Assembly (NCBI GenBank): GCA_009602735.1
Contig: WELA01002374.1
Span: forward strand, 96,481-116,480
DNA: 20,000 nt
Direction: 5' to 3'
Origin: Mesotaenium endlicherianum
Taxonomy: Eukaryota
The notes beneath the pieces were generated by a model that had not been told where the DNA came from, made no database searches, and saw nothing but the letters and a program-made list of their open reading frames with translations. Shown here piece after piece: positions 1-12,500 of this stretch. A program made the translations under genes and the position numbers. Positions within the stretch are counted from its first letter, which is position 1. Every line of letters begins with the position of its first letter.

Positions 1-187
1 AAACTGCACATCTATGCTGGCCTGGTCTGAGCTCTTCGCTCAACACCGCGCCTTAACAGCTCTTCACTGCTTGGCTGAGCTCACTCAGTTCTTCACTGAG
101 AGCTTTACTTGTTAATACTACTCTTGCTATCAGCAATTCAACAATTGAGACTTCTGAGAACTTGGAAACTAACACAGCACTCACCAT
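1..187 (-). other. Probable start of a divergent gene: Met-only first coding exon (185-187) followed by an intron running off the left edge
   Basis: The minus strand reads CTTAAAATG|GTGAGTG, a strong initiation context immediately followed by a consensus donor. No product can be inferred. Confidence 0.4.
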
Positions 188-1172
188 TTTAAGTGACTTT
201 CGCACGCTTGTGGTGTTTGACCCGAATCTGTGCTAATCTCCTGACAGATTCCATTCTGCAGCTCTCTACTTTCTACCAGCGAGATCCCCTCTTGGAAACT
301 CCTGAGGTCTAACCTTTCTATGATACACTAAGAAGAAATCTTCCAGCGTCGGCAGAAGCGTGGCGTCTCGGATCTTCTGTGGCCTTGGGAACTCCTTCTT
401 CTTCGCGCTCCTTCATCTCCCTTCCATCTGTACCTGTGCTCCTTCAGCTTCCTTGACAACGATGCGAGCAAGAATGAGGCAGCTTCAGGCAGGAATCGTG
501 CCTTTCGCAGGCACCACACATTATCCTCTCTCGAGAATGCCAGTGCTCGTTATAACTGTTAAAGTGGTTACGACACGTCAAACCCCATACCCAGGAATGG
601 ACGAGGATTTGGAGTAGTGAGCCGAAAGGCTAGGGGCCTGGAACCAGCAATGAGCCAGCCCAACAAGTGCCGAGTAAGGTACTGATCAATCGGCTATCTA
701 AGCCAAGTACAGTAGGGATGTTGCAGAGGCGTTGTGTGCCACCTCGGCCAAGACCCTCGAGTGACTAGCCACGGCTTGAGCGTTCATCTCAAACGTTGCC
801 AGCCGCCAGCCACATAGGCGTGATTGCCAGCTGAAAGGCTAAGCAGTCACGCGCGACAGTCACAAGGCGTGCATGCATGCTGAGTGACAATTTCTAAAGC
901 TGTTTGAGGGATGCTAGGTAAGGACGGCATGCAAGCTAGGCGTGACATAACCGCTGACTGAGATAACTCAGTCCTTTGGTCGGTGAGTCAACGCTGACAT
1001 TCCGTACCTGGGCGGGTCGTGACTTGCGCTGCGCGTGCGGCACCGTCAAGTGGATAGCAGTCGCGACACAAGTTCGACGCACCTTTACTAGCTTTGACCG
1101 ATGCTGGTGAGAAATGATGTGCGACGTATGTGGTCGTAGCTAGTCGCCATGTGAATGGTCGGGCTTCTCCAC

Positions 1173-1471
1173 TTCAAACTGGTTCAAACTGGGAACTTTA
1201 CTCTCACACGGGTGCAAGAGCAGGGTTTACAACTGGGTACAGGTCTGGTTTAGTCGACCCTCGTTTTTTCGCGCAGCAAGCTACGGGCTTAATCAATATT
1301 TTTGTAGCTTGATCAATCACGAGACATATTATCCGTTCACTAGCAATTCATGTAGCTAATCATCTCTCTGCAGGCGAAGACGCCAAGGAAGCATATGTCG
1401 TATGTATCCTTGCCGTCCTGGTAACAAGCTGAATTCACCTTATATTGTGAATGATTGGGCGTAATTCGCGC
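1173..1471 (+). promoter_or_regulatory. Candidate E2F and CHR elements upstream of the ICE1/MEE22-like gene
   Basis: Tandem TTCAAACTGG x2 (1173-1192; TTCAAA is the reverse complement of CHR TTTGAA), TTTCGCGC (1267-1274) and ATTCGCGC (1464-1471) match the E2F consensus WTTSSCSS. Confidence 0.35.
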
Positions 1472-1481
1472 ATCGGCGAAC

Positions 1482-1676
1482 ATGGAGGTGGAAGCTCTGC
1501 AGGCAGAGCTGCTGGAGGCTCTCAACGAAGGGATCTCGATGCACGCCAGTAAGGTGCAGGCAAATGGTCAGTCTCAAAGTCAGGAGCATCAGCAGCAGCA
1601 GCAGTACTTTCAGCAGCAGCAGCAGCAGCAGCTTCAGCTGCAACCGCAGACATGCCTCCAGCCTTTTTGTCAAGAG
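1482..1676 (+). CDS. Exon 1 of ICE1/MEE22-like gene (MEVEALQAELLEAL...polyQ...CLQPFCQE)
   Basis: ATG in good context (AACATGG), coding-like composition, ends GAG|GTATGG in phase 0. Confidence 0.75.
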
Positions 1677-3508
1677 GTATGGTTATTCGTTTCAGTAACT
1701 ATCGTCTGAAAGCTGAAACTGACTCGCTGCAGGTGGTAGGAGGAAAACTCGCTATTCGTCCATAGCAGGACATGTCATGATCCAGAACTTGAATATCTGC
1801 AAAGTTCACCAACACCTTCAAGTATGATTCTTAAACTGTCGAGGCATGTGGGCGCTTCTTCTTCAACCGCTAGACCTTTTCCTTTCCACAGATGGAGCAC
1901 CTTTGGACATCAAAAGCTATCTGTGGCCATACAGATAGTAGCGACGTGATAAATCTATTCAGACGTATATCACTCACTCGTTGCAGTCTCAAGGATAAAA
2001 GCAATATTCTTACTATTCAGTTGATATCTCACGTCGGGGTACTGGATGTCAAGGTTAGAGCATGGAAGGGTTGAGTGGGAGAGGGTGGGGTCTTGATGAC
2101 AGACATACACGAGCACGAGAAATGCACAGGGAAACCTTGAATTCAAACCTGTAAAACAGAAGAAGTCTCCCAGAAGGGCCAACTCTTGACACATTTATTG
2201 CACATGGTTGTGAAGCTTGTTTGGCTGTATTCCTGCACAGGAAGGGAGGGAAGCTCTGCTCGGGAAGGAAAGGGGCAGGGGCGAATTTGTGTTGTCCTCG
2301 ATTTACCTGTAGGATGTAGACGATCTAAACTGGAGCCTTGATGGAGAATGTGCAACAGCCTGGCTCATGACGGGGGGTGGGGAGTGGGGAGTCATTTTTG
2401 AGTGTGAGGGGACATGCTCCAGCTGCTAGGGTTGCTGTCTGTGTTTCCCCCTATGGCTTTGTTTGGTCTCTTATACGGGAAAGTCTCCCCTGGGCAAACC
2501 TTCTTTATCCTCCTCCTCTCGCACCTCTTACTTCCCCCTCTTACCGGCCCCTTCACCTTCCCTTCTGCCCTCCATTCGCCTGACGTGTCTATGTGTCAGT
2601 TCAGACGTGCATGTGCGCTGTACTCCCCTCTCAGCACCCCTCGTGCTGACAGGTGACGGAGAGGCTTGAATGTACTCTGACTTACAGCTGGCACTACGAC
2701 TGTACTGCTGTGGCGCAGCCAGCTGGCGGAAGCACTCGATGAGCCTGCCCTCATGTAGCTCTGGGATGATTCCCAGCAGTCTTTTAGCCCCTCTGTCCTC
2801 ATGCTTTCCTCCCCAAGTGTCTGTGACGCTGCCAGTTGTCAATTTGCCAGTATCGACTTGCGCAGCTGCCAGCTGGCAGGCAGGCAGCCTGTGGTTCCCA
2901 AATTTGCTGCTCTCCTCTACCCGGCTACCTGATCAGATCTGTTGGGGCAAGGGGTGGGCTGACGTGTCACATCAGTGTTAGGGTGTGTGCCGTTTGTGCG
3001 ACCATTCCGTGTAGCGTAGCTCTGGGGGCCGATGGCAAGGCCGGCCAAAGCACAGTCTCTGAGACACAGACAACAGAGCAGACCAAAGCAGATGCATTTC
3101 CCCAAGACAAGGGCGCAACCGAAGGGTGTATTATCTTCGGGACAGGGTCGAAGTTTCAGGAGGTGGGGTTCTCCAAAATGCAGACGGGGTCTGATCTGGC
3201 GTGCGCTCTCGTTCTCTGCGTGTGTGCGTGGGGTTGTGCGGCCCGGCCCCGCCTCTGCTACAGCTGGCGGCGAGGCTGGAGAGGAGCAACACTGTGCGGC
3301 GGGAGCTGAAGTTGGCGCTGCGGGCGATGCAAAAGAAGGCAGCGGGCGATGAGGTGGCGCTCGCCTCGACGAGCGTGCTCCGCGAAGGCATGCCCCCCCC
3401 CTCCCTCTCCCTCTCTCTCTTTACCCTCCACCCTCTGTCCCTCTTGTGCTCGACCCGCTGGTGGTCGGCTTGTGGAAGACATGCTTTCTCTCTCTCTCTC
3501 TCTCTCCC

Positions 3509-3566
<58 letters not shown>

Positions 3567-6500
3567 GTGTTCTCAGTTGATTGTAGTGCTCCCTGAAAGT
3601 GAGTGGAAACACTGCGAGATTGGGTTGTGCGCGCGTCGTGCCTGCGTGGAGAGTAATCAGCGAGGCCGTGCTTTTTTCACAACTTAGGACTGTAGCGCTT
3701 GTCCTTGCTGCCATCGCCAATCCCTGTTTCCTCTTGTCGCCCGTCAAAGTACGGCGCTTCACAGCGTCGCTTTGTCACTTCAAATTGTGCTGGCCTAAGC
3801 ACTCATACTATCAGAGAACGCGGCTCTATGTGAAATGAGGATTGGTTTTTGTGTTTCTTATGTGTGCACGCATTTTTGCGGTCAATTGCGCCTCATGCAG
3901 CCCACATGCGCGAGATGGAGCGTGCAGCTGCCCTGGAAAAGCGGGCAGCTCAGCTGCAGGAGCAGCTTCTGGCGGAAACGCGGAAAAGGGAGGGCGCCCA
4001 GGCTGCCCGGAACCTTCTGGTAGCTGAGCTGGCGAAGAATAAGGACCGTTCTGAGGGCCTGCAGGGACAGGTGTCAGCCGTCGACATGCGCGCACAGCAG
4101 GACCGCCGGGAGCTGGCGCGCTTGCGGGCAGAGGTAAAAGCTTGTGTGGTTCGTTTGGCGTGGTTTTATCTCCCTGCTGTGGTTCATCAGGTCTGAATAC
4201 TTTGTCAAGGTGTCTCTCCTTTCAAAAATGTGTATTGCTGTCGGTGGCATTGACTGTGTGCTTCTGCCATGTGACAGGCTATGAGCTCGCATACAAAGCT
4301 GACGGCTGCAACCAAAGCCGTGGGGACCGCCTGTTCAGTTCTGCGCTCCTTCGAGACATTTCTGGCGGCTCAGGTAAGATGCCCTCTCATGCCCCCCCCC
4401 CTCCTGCCCCCAGCAGAAACCTCACTCTCCAGTTTCCACCAAGACCCCCTCCCAGAAGAGCCACTCCCCGTGCAAACCCACCNNNNNNNNNNNNNNNNNN
4501 NNNNNNNNNNNNNNNNNNNNNNNNNNNNNNNNNNNNNNNNNNNNNNNNNNNNNNNNNNNNNNNNNNNNNNNNNNNNNNNNNNNNNNNNNNNNNNNNNNNN
4601 NNNNNNNNNNNNNNNNNNNNNNNNNNNNNNNNNNNNNNNNNNNNNNNNNNNNNNNNNNNNNNNNNNNNNNNNNNNNNNNNNNNNNNNNNNNNNNNNNNNN
4701 NNNNNNNNNNNNNNNNNNNNNNNNNNNNNNNNNNNNNNNNNNNNNNNNNNNNNNNNNNNNNNNNNNNNNNNNNNNNNNNNNNNNNNNNNNNNNNNNNNNN
4801 NNNNNNNNNNNNNNNNNNNNNNNNNNNNNNNNNNNNNNNNNNNNNNNNNNNNNNNNNNNNNNNNNNNNNNNNNNNNNNNNNNNNNNNNNNNNNNNNNNNN
4901 NNNNNNNNNNNNNNNNNNNNNNNNNNNNNNNNNNNNNNNNNNNNCCCCCCCCTTTTCCAAGAGTGGATTGATCCAGCCGCCCAGTACCGGGAATCTGGAT
5001 ATGATGCTTGGCAGATATGGCACCACGCCGCCTGCTGGAGCCGCCTTGACTGGCAATGACTAGACTGATGGACGGCGGTCCGCCAGGTGTCAAGCCCTGG
5101 TTGGACGGGTCCCCTTGCAGCCTGGCGCGTGCTATGCCACCACTCCTCTTTCGCTATGGTAGGGCCTGGTTGGTATAATCTCGCGCGATGATGCCCACAC
5201 GTTTCCCTTGGGCTGGTCTTAGTTCTTCTCTAGAGTTGGAGCCAGCTGCCCTTTGGAGCGCGAGCTGTCCTCCAGATGTCGTGCATGCGTAGACAGCCCC
5301 TCGTGCGATAAAGGAGACATGCCGGCGTGCTCTTGTTACAGCCCCTCGCGTATGCTCGTGCGCACCGTCGCAGCAGAGAAACGCGTGCGCGCTAGAAGCA
5401 GTAGTCGCTTTCTTTCGTCGTGTGGAAGGTCTCGGTGCGACACCTGGCAGAGCAGACCCAAAACGAGCAAGCAGATACCCTTTGTTCTCAGTTGCCACCT
5501 GTCCATCGTGTCCCCTGCGGGCCCGGGAACAAAGCTCGCTCATCGTGGCATGCATGCTAGTTTGTACTTAGAGAGAAGCTTGCCCTTCTTGCAGGTAGAG
5601 TGTTTTCAGGGCTGCTATGTTGCACGAGTGGGGAAGCCCTGCTGCAGTCATTCTGCAGCCGCCTCCCTCGTGGGGGAGCATCTGCAGGGCCATGACTCCC
5701 AGGTTGCGTTTTGCAACGGAAAAGAACGGCAACGTAGAGGATATATTGCGTCTCGTTGTTGTGGTTATTGCCGTTGTGCTGTTGCTGAAGTTCACTTTCT
5801 CGTCTGGGATGTTGCGTTTTCTTCGTCTGGGCTCGATTTCATACGCTCGATGACTAATGGCGGGCTCTGACTTGGTGCAAATGCACATGCGCATGCGCAC
5901 ATGTCTGTCTCTTTGTCCACTGGGGTGCTTGGGTGCTCGTTCTGCGACCTATCACCACCTGGCGCCACCTGGGGCCGGCTTCTTCCTTCAACTCGACTAC
6001 TGGAGCAACAGCAAGGTGGCAGCAAGGAAGGACGACCTGGGGCGCCTGGAGAGTGCCACCTGGCAACGGACGGCAAGCCTACTACCCCCGAGCTGCTTGA
6101 TCGTTCAACTCCAACACCTGGCAGAGCCAGCAGCCATCCAGATCGAGATCACGCATCAGAGTCGCTGCGGGGTGTCGAGGCGTCACCATCTGGCATCAGC
6201 ATGAGCAGCGAGTCGGATAAGCTGCTTGCTGCTGTCGCAGACCTCCACGCGCTGACAGCTGGCGTCAGAGAGAGGCTGACACCGTCGTTGCTTACACCTC
6301 AGGGAGAGACGGGGGACGTTGAGTGCGCCAGGTGTTGCTCCAGCAAGGCAACAGGTGACACCAGCCCAGCGAGGCCGGGTGGTGCTGAAACTTCTCACGA
6401 GAGGTGTTCTGCTGACAAGGCTGTCGTGTACTGTGACGCTGGTCGATCACCACCTGCACTAAAACCCACCCTAGAACCTACCTCAGGGGAGACTGGCCCA

Positions 6501-9500
6501 GAAGTTTCCGAAACACTGCCACCAAGTAAGTCCTCTGTCAATCGCGAAGAGAAAGGCCAGGCGCTCTGTCTGACTGTCGATTCGTCGAATGGAGCCCACT
6601 GTAAGGTTCCCCACAGGGCTGCCGCCAGGCTGCCACCTCGCACGCCTGTCAGGCTGGAGAAAGATGCCGCCGCCCCGCAGCTGACAGCTGGCGGGCCGGT
6701 AAGCAAGCTGGGCGACAGACCGGCGATCGAGGTCAGGGAAGAGGCACAAGTGGCCGGGCGGGCTGGCGCTGGTCCCGGTTCCAATCCCAGGGATGCTGAT
6801 GTCAGCAGCGGGCCGGTTGCTGATGTCACTGGCGGCAGCGCTAGCGGTGGACCTGCCGCTCAGGAGGATGATTTTGACGATATGGTGCAGTTTCTGGAGT
6901 CAGGCCGTCTTTATGACGAGGACGAGGACAACGATAATGGTGACAGGTTGAAAGAAGAGTCAGTCAAGGAGTTGCTTGATGTCGCGGCAGCCGCAAAGGA
7001 CGCGTCGCCAGGTGGCAGTCTGGCAGAGGACGGCAGTGGACAACCTGATTGTGCGGCTGGCTTAGGCTGCCCAGCTGGCGTTGCCAGTAAGGCCATGAAA
7101 ATTAACAAAAAGGAGGTCAAGGGCAAGCCAGAGGCCCGGTCAGCGCTGAGCTGTCGGGGTTCCGACAAGGGCGAGCTGGCGGCTGCTGGAAGCAAGCGGG
7201 CAAGGGAGATGGTCTCGGTGTCGAGCGGGGTAACGGGAGTGATGGCTGCAGAGGAAGAAACTGCAATCTTGAAAAAGGCCAAGGTAGTAGTACCAGGGGA
7301 CTGCCTCGTGTCAGCACCAGAGCGGAGGGCTAGTGATGCTGAGCTCATGGACCGGCCGGCAAGCAATGGCCCTGCGAAAGTGAAGGGTGAAACTTGTGAG
7401 AGAAGAGAGGAGGGTGAGGGTGGGGCAGGGCTCAAAGCTGGCATTTCAAGCAATGTTGGGGTGGAGGTGGAGGGGCAAGGCCGGGACAGAGAGGTGGATG
7501 TAAGAGGCGCGTGCAGGCGCCAGGTGTCAGCCAGGGGCCGAGCCAAGTCGGCAGGCGAGGAGGGCAATCCCAGAGGGGGAGGGGCTTCCCTGCAGGGGGC
7601 CAGAGGCAGGGGTCGGGGAGTGAGAGGAGAGGGAAGAGGGGGGGAAAAGCCCAGGGGGGGCGGGGGAGCGAGAGGAGGAGGCAGAGGGGGAGGCAGAGGC
7701 AGAGGCAGAGGCAGAGGGAGGGGGAGAGGGAGAGGGGACACTGGAGAATGGGGAGAGGAGGATGCTGATGCCGAAGCTACCACTGGTTGGAATGTGAGGG
7801 GCAGAGGGGGAGCTAATGGGGGAGGAGCTGGGAAGAGGGGTGTTGGGAGGGAGGCAACGCAGGTTGAGTGGATTGACTCCGGAGCAGAGGAGGATGTGGG
7901 AGCAGCGGCGGTAGCAGAAGAGAGAATGTTAGCAGGGGCAACAGCAGGAGCAGCAGCTGCAGCCGCAGAAGAAGAGGTGGCAGCAGCAGGCCCGCCACCA
8001 CCAGCAGCAGGAGCAGTAGGAGCAGCAGCTGCAGAGGCTGGAGCAGCGGAGGAATGGGAGTGGCAGAAGTGCGAGGCGAGGGCTGAAGGTGGCCGGGAAA
8101 CTCTACTAACTGTGAAGGGGAAGCGGGAAGGGGAGGGCAACAGGCTGGAGGATGAGGATGGGGATGGGAGTGAGAGTGACAGCGATGGCAGCAGCAGTGG
8201 CGGGGAGGAGGAGGGGGTGGAGGAAGGGGAGGGGAAGGGCGGGGATGGTTCGGCAAGCGAGAGCAGCGCAAGCGGGGAGAGCGAGGCGGGCGGCAGTGGC
8301 AGCGACAGCGACGATGAGGGGTCTAGCGCGAGTGGAAGCAGTGGGGAGGAGGAGCAGGAGCAGGAGCTGGAGGTGGAGATTGACGATGCCTGCGACGATG
8401 CTGCCATGTGCAAGCCTGATGATTGCCTGGAAAAGGGAATGCAGGAAGGGGAGAGGGCAGGAGGGGTGGGGGGAGGAGTGGGGGGAGAGGTAGGGAGCGG
8501 GGCAGATGGAGGGGTGAAGGGAGGAGGTGCAGGGGGCGGAGCAGGAGGGGAGCAAGAAGGGGGAGCGGAAGCGGCGGGGAAGCTGCAAAGTGGCGACAAG
8601 GGCCAGTGCCAGCAGGGAATGGAGGAGGTGGCAGGTGGCGCTAGCACGGGACGAGGGGTCAAGGAAGAAGGGGCAGTGGCTGAGGGGGTGGGCCAGCTCT
8701 TGCCAGGTGTCATGGAGGTGCTCATCAGAGGCCCCTCTCATGTCATTAAGCTGGAGGCGGGTGCTGCTGGAACGAGTGGGCTTCTGCCAGGTGGCGGGCA
8801 GGAAGGGCTGTCGAGGGCTGGGCTTGTTGAAGGTGCCGAGGGAAGTGGGGGAGCGGAGATTGAGAAAAATGGAGGCGGCAAACAAGGGGTGAAGGGAGGG
8901 GGAGGAGGAGTAGGAGGAATTTCTGGACAAAAGAGAGAACGAGCAGACGAGGGGAGCCCGCTGAGCAGCAGCAGGGCTGGTGGCAATGTCAGCTGGGAGA
9001 GCCTAGGTAGGACTGGGGTAAAAACTGTGGCAGTGGAAAGGTGGGGGAGGGACAGCACAGCAGTAGAAGGAGCAGTAGCAGTAGCAGTAGCAGAAGCAGT
9101 AGAGGGACAAGGAGGAGGAGGAGGAGGAGGAGGAGCGGGAGGAAGGCAAGGAGAGGCACGTAACGGCGAAGCAGGGGTGGGGAGGGAGGGAGAAGCTGGA
9201 GGGGGATGGGGAGGGGAAGGGGGAGGGGGAGGGGGAATGAGGGGGAGTGGGGAGGGGAGGCAGAGTGTGAGGTGTAGGCCTGAGATTTACGAGGAGATAT
9301 TTGGCGATGACGACGACGAGGAGGAGGAGGAGGATAAGAAGGGTTGGGGTGATGGCAATGGCAATATTGGGCTGATGGAAGGAGGGAGAGCTGGCAAGAG
9401 CCGGCAGGAGGGCAGGGCGGAGGACAGGTGTCAGCAACCGGCCGCCGCCTGCTTGCCAGACTTGCCACCTGGCACTCCGCAGGCGGCGGGTGTGACGAGA

Positions 9501-12500
9501 AAGAGAGAGGCAGCCATGGGCCCGGGGGCTGAACGGGGGAGAAACCCCGTGGCTGCTGCTGACGCGGCAGGCGCGACTGCTCATGTGGCACCTGCAGCTA
9601 AGAGGGCGAGGGTGGGGCCCGCCGGCATGGCGGCTGAGACACCGACAACTGTCCGTCAGCCTGCGGGTGGCTCGTTGCGCTTAGTGACAGAAGCAAGCCC
9701 TCCAGATGCTGGTGTGACGCCGAACGGTCGCACCCGTGCTGCCACGGCTGCGGGGGCTGGCGCTGCTGGAGGTGCGGGAAGGGCCGCAAGTGCTGCGGCA
9801 GTTGCAGTAGAGACGACCCTGGAGAATAAAAATCTTTCAATAAGGCCTTTGACGGGGAGGCGGGGCAGTGGCAGTGGCGGTGGCTGTGGCAGTGGGAGAG
9901 GTGGGCGAGGTGGTGCCAGCTCATTTGGGGCGCATAAGTCAGCAGGTGGTGGTGCTGGAGGAGCAGGCAGGGCAGGGGTGGGGTTTGTCAGTCCCAGAGG
10001 GGGAGATGAAACGAGGGGCGGCCATCTTGCGAGGCTGTCATCGAGGTCCAGGTCGTCGATTGTGGTACCCCCTGGTGCCTGTGGGAGCGGGGACAGGTTG
10101 CCAGGTGGCACCCCCAGGGAGCTTGTGAAACTGGGGAGGAAGAAGGGGGTGGCGGTGGGGAGCCGCGGGATTGGTCGGGGGAGGGAAGATTCTGGGAGGG
10201 GTAGGCACTCAAGCCACTCACAGCTGGCGGCAGGACAGCTGGCAGGAAGAGGACAACTGGCGGCTGAACATGGGGCAAAGACGAGCCAGCTAGCAACGGG
10301 AGGACGGACGGGGGGGTCCCGGGCCAGTGGGACGGGGTCTCTGCAGGCGCCTGGTGCCCTGTGCCGTGCGAACGGGAAGATGGCGCTGCTGGTACCGCTG
10401 CATGACGCTGCCGCAGATGCCGGGCTTGCCCCACCTCGGGTTGGGGACACCTGTCATGTTGCCGACAGTGCGGGCTCTCTGTTGCCTGGTACACAGAAGC
10501 CTGCGGTCCGCCCGCAAGCGAGGCCTGTGCTAAAGCCCAAGTACTCCTACATGGATTTTGGAAGCGGTGAGAAATCCGCCCCTGGCACCCGAAGGGAACC
10601 GGCAGCCAGCTTCCTCAGGGGGAAGCAGCAGGGGCGCCAGGTGGCGGAGCCAGCGGCCGGCGCCGCCCCCGCCATCGCGTGTCAAATCATTCCCACCCTC
10701 CCTCCCGGCCCCTCTGCCCACCTGGCTGCCTCTGGTGCGAGTCAGTCCATCTCTGGGCCGCCCCAGCCCTACCCCGCTGAATCTGCTCCGTCGATGGCTG
10801 AGATCGACGATGGAGATGCAGCAGACGCAGCAGCCGGCAGCGAAAGCAGAAGCCCCAAAGCGGCAACAGGGGAAGGGGCGTTTTCACACTCGCAGCCGCA
10901 GCCGCATCCTCAGCCGCAATTGCATCCGCAGTCCCAATCAGGTCTAGGGTCGCGTTCGCATTCAGGTTTGAGCTTGCATGCTTCGTTGCCTCTCCCTATT
11001 AGCAAGGACGCTGGCGGCTCCGTGCCTGCTGCGCCCCCTCAGGCTCAGGAGACGGGGAGTATGCCAGGTGTTAACGGACATTCCGCCTGTCGGGTGGACC
11101 TGGGTGGAGGCCAGACGGGCATTAGCCCAAAAGTTGCCAGCCCGATAGGTGGCAGCCTCATTGGGGTGGTGGCGAGGGCAAGTGTGCGTCAGGAAGACGT
11201 GGGAGGGTGTTGTGCACGAGTCCGCTGTCAGGATCGTGGGACAAGCAGAGAGCCAGGGTTCAAGAGAGAGGCGGGGTTTATGGAAGAAGGGGCTGCCGGG
11301 GGGGGCCACAGTATGAAGCTTGCGGAAGGGGAGCGCATGCCGCCTGCTGGTTGCGATCTGGGGATTGTGCCACCTGGCAAGCGCAGGTGCGACAAGCCGC
11401 CTGGGATTACACCCCATGCAGAGCAATCACGCTGGGAAAAGGACAGCAGCACGCAGCACTCGGAAGGTGACAGGTGGCGTGAGGGCGAGGCGCATGGGCT
11501 TGCAAGTGGTGGTGATGTCAGCCCTGATGTCGGGCCTGAAGGAGGAGTTGCTGCTGGAGAGGGAAGGCGGGCAGAGTTGGCGGGGCTTAGGGAACGCGAG
11601 GCGTCCGGCGGGGGCAGTGTGTCAGGGCAGAAGAACAGCAGTGGCAATGGTAGGGGGAGTGGGGGCGGCAAACGGATAGTCCCGGGTGTGCGGAAGGAGA
11701 GGCAGACCAGGGTGAGGGCCCAGCTGATCAAAAAACTCGCACTCAGGAGACCCCAGAAGCCCGCCTTGGTGCCAGGTGGCAGAGCTGCACCTGCGGCGCG
11801 TGGTGGGGCCCGGCCGCTGCCAGGTGTCCGCGCAACAGCGGCCACACGTGCAGGGGCCAAGGAGGCGCCGCCAAGTCGCGAGCCAGGAAGGCGGAAGGTC
11901 AGCAGAGCTGTTGCAAAGGCGCCCGCGGCTGCGGCTGCGCCAGCTGGGCCTGCTGCGCCCGTGATGGATGTGCGCGTGGAGGAGGTGCCAATGCAGGAGA
12001 GCATGCCATGTGTCTCGGCTATAGGCTGCACTCTTGGTGGCGGAGAAGTCAAGGAGGGTGTGTCTCACACTGTGCCAGCTGTCAGCACCCCGCAGGCCAG
12101 TGCCTTCCAAGGGCAGTCGCTTCCCAGCGGTGATGCTGCCACTTGTCAGCACAAGGGTGGTGTAGCGTGCATGGAGCAGTTGGGCACGAACCTTGCTGAG
12201 GCGCATGACGCAGCGCTCCCAGGTGTTGCTCAGGCAATGCCTGCTGCTGGGCAAGATCTTCCATGTGTCAGCCCGAGGCAGGCGCAGGCGCAGGCCCAGG
12301 CACACGCACAGGCGCAGAGAAACATGAGTGTGAAGGACCCCCCTACCTGGCTGGCCGAGACGCTGGCATCGTACGATTGGCTTGCCGCCTCAACGGGGGA
12401 GCCGGGCGGCAAGGGCGGCACGCTGTGGGCTGCAACGGTGCAGGTGCGTCGCGTCATATGCATGTGTGTGTGTGTGTGTGTGTGTGTTGCGCAGTCTCTC

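Noticed and set aside
4142..5093. Four 220-305 aa ORFs
   Set aside because: Artefacts of reading through the N gap
6054..6065. Resemblance of TGCCACCTGG to the CTCF motif
   Set aside because: CTCF is restricted to bilaterian animals, and the copies here are symmetric (ending GGCA/GTCA) rather than following the asymmetric CTCF consensus
6911..8725. 604-aa minus-strand Pro/Ser/Leu-rich ORF, and other overlapping ORFs from 6183 to 12595
   Set aside because: Antisense or alternate-frame shadows of the purine-skewed, GC-rich giant exon; no recognisable domain
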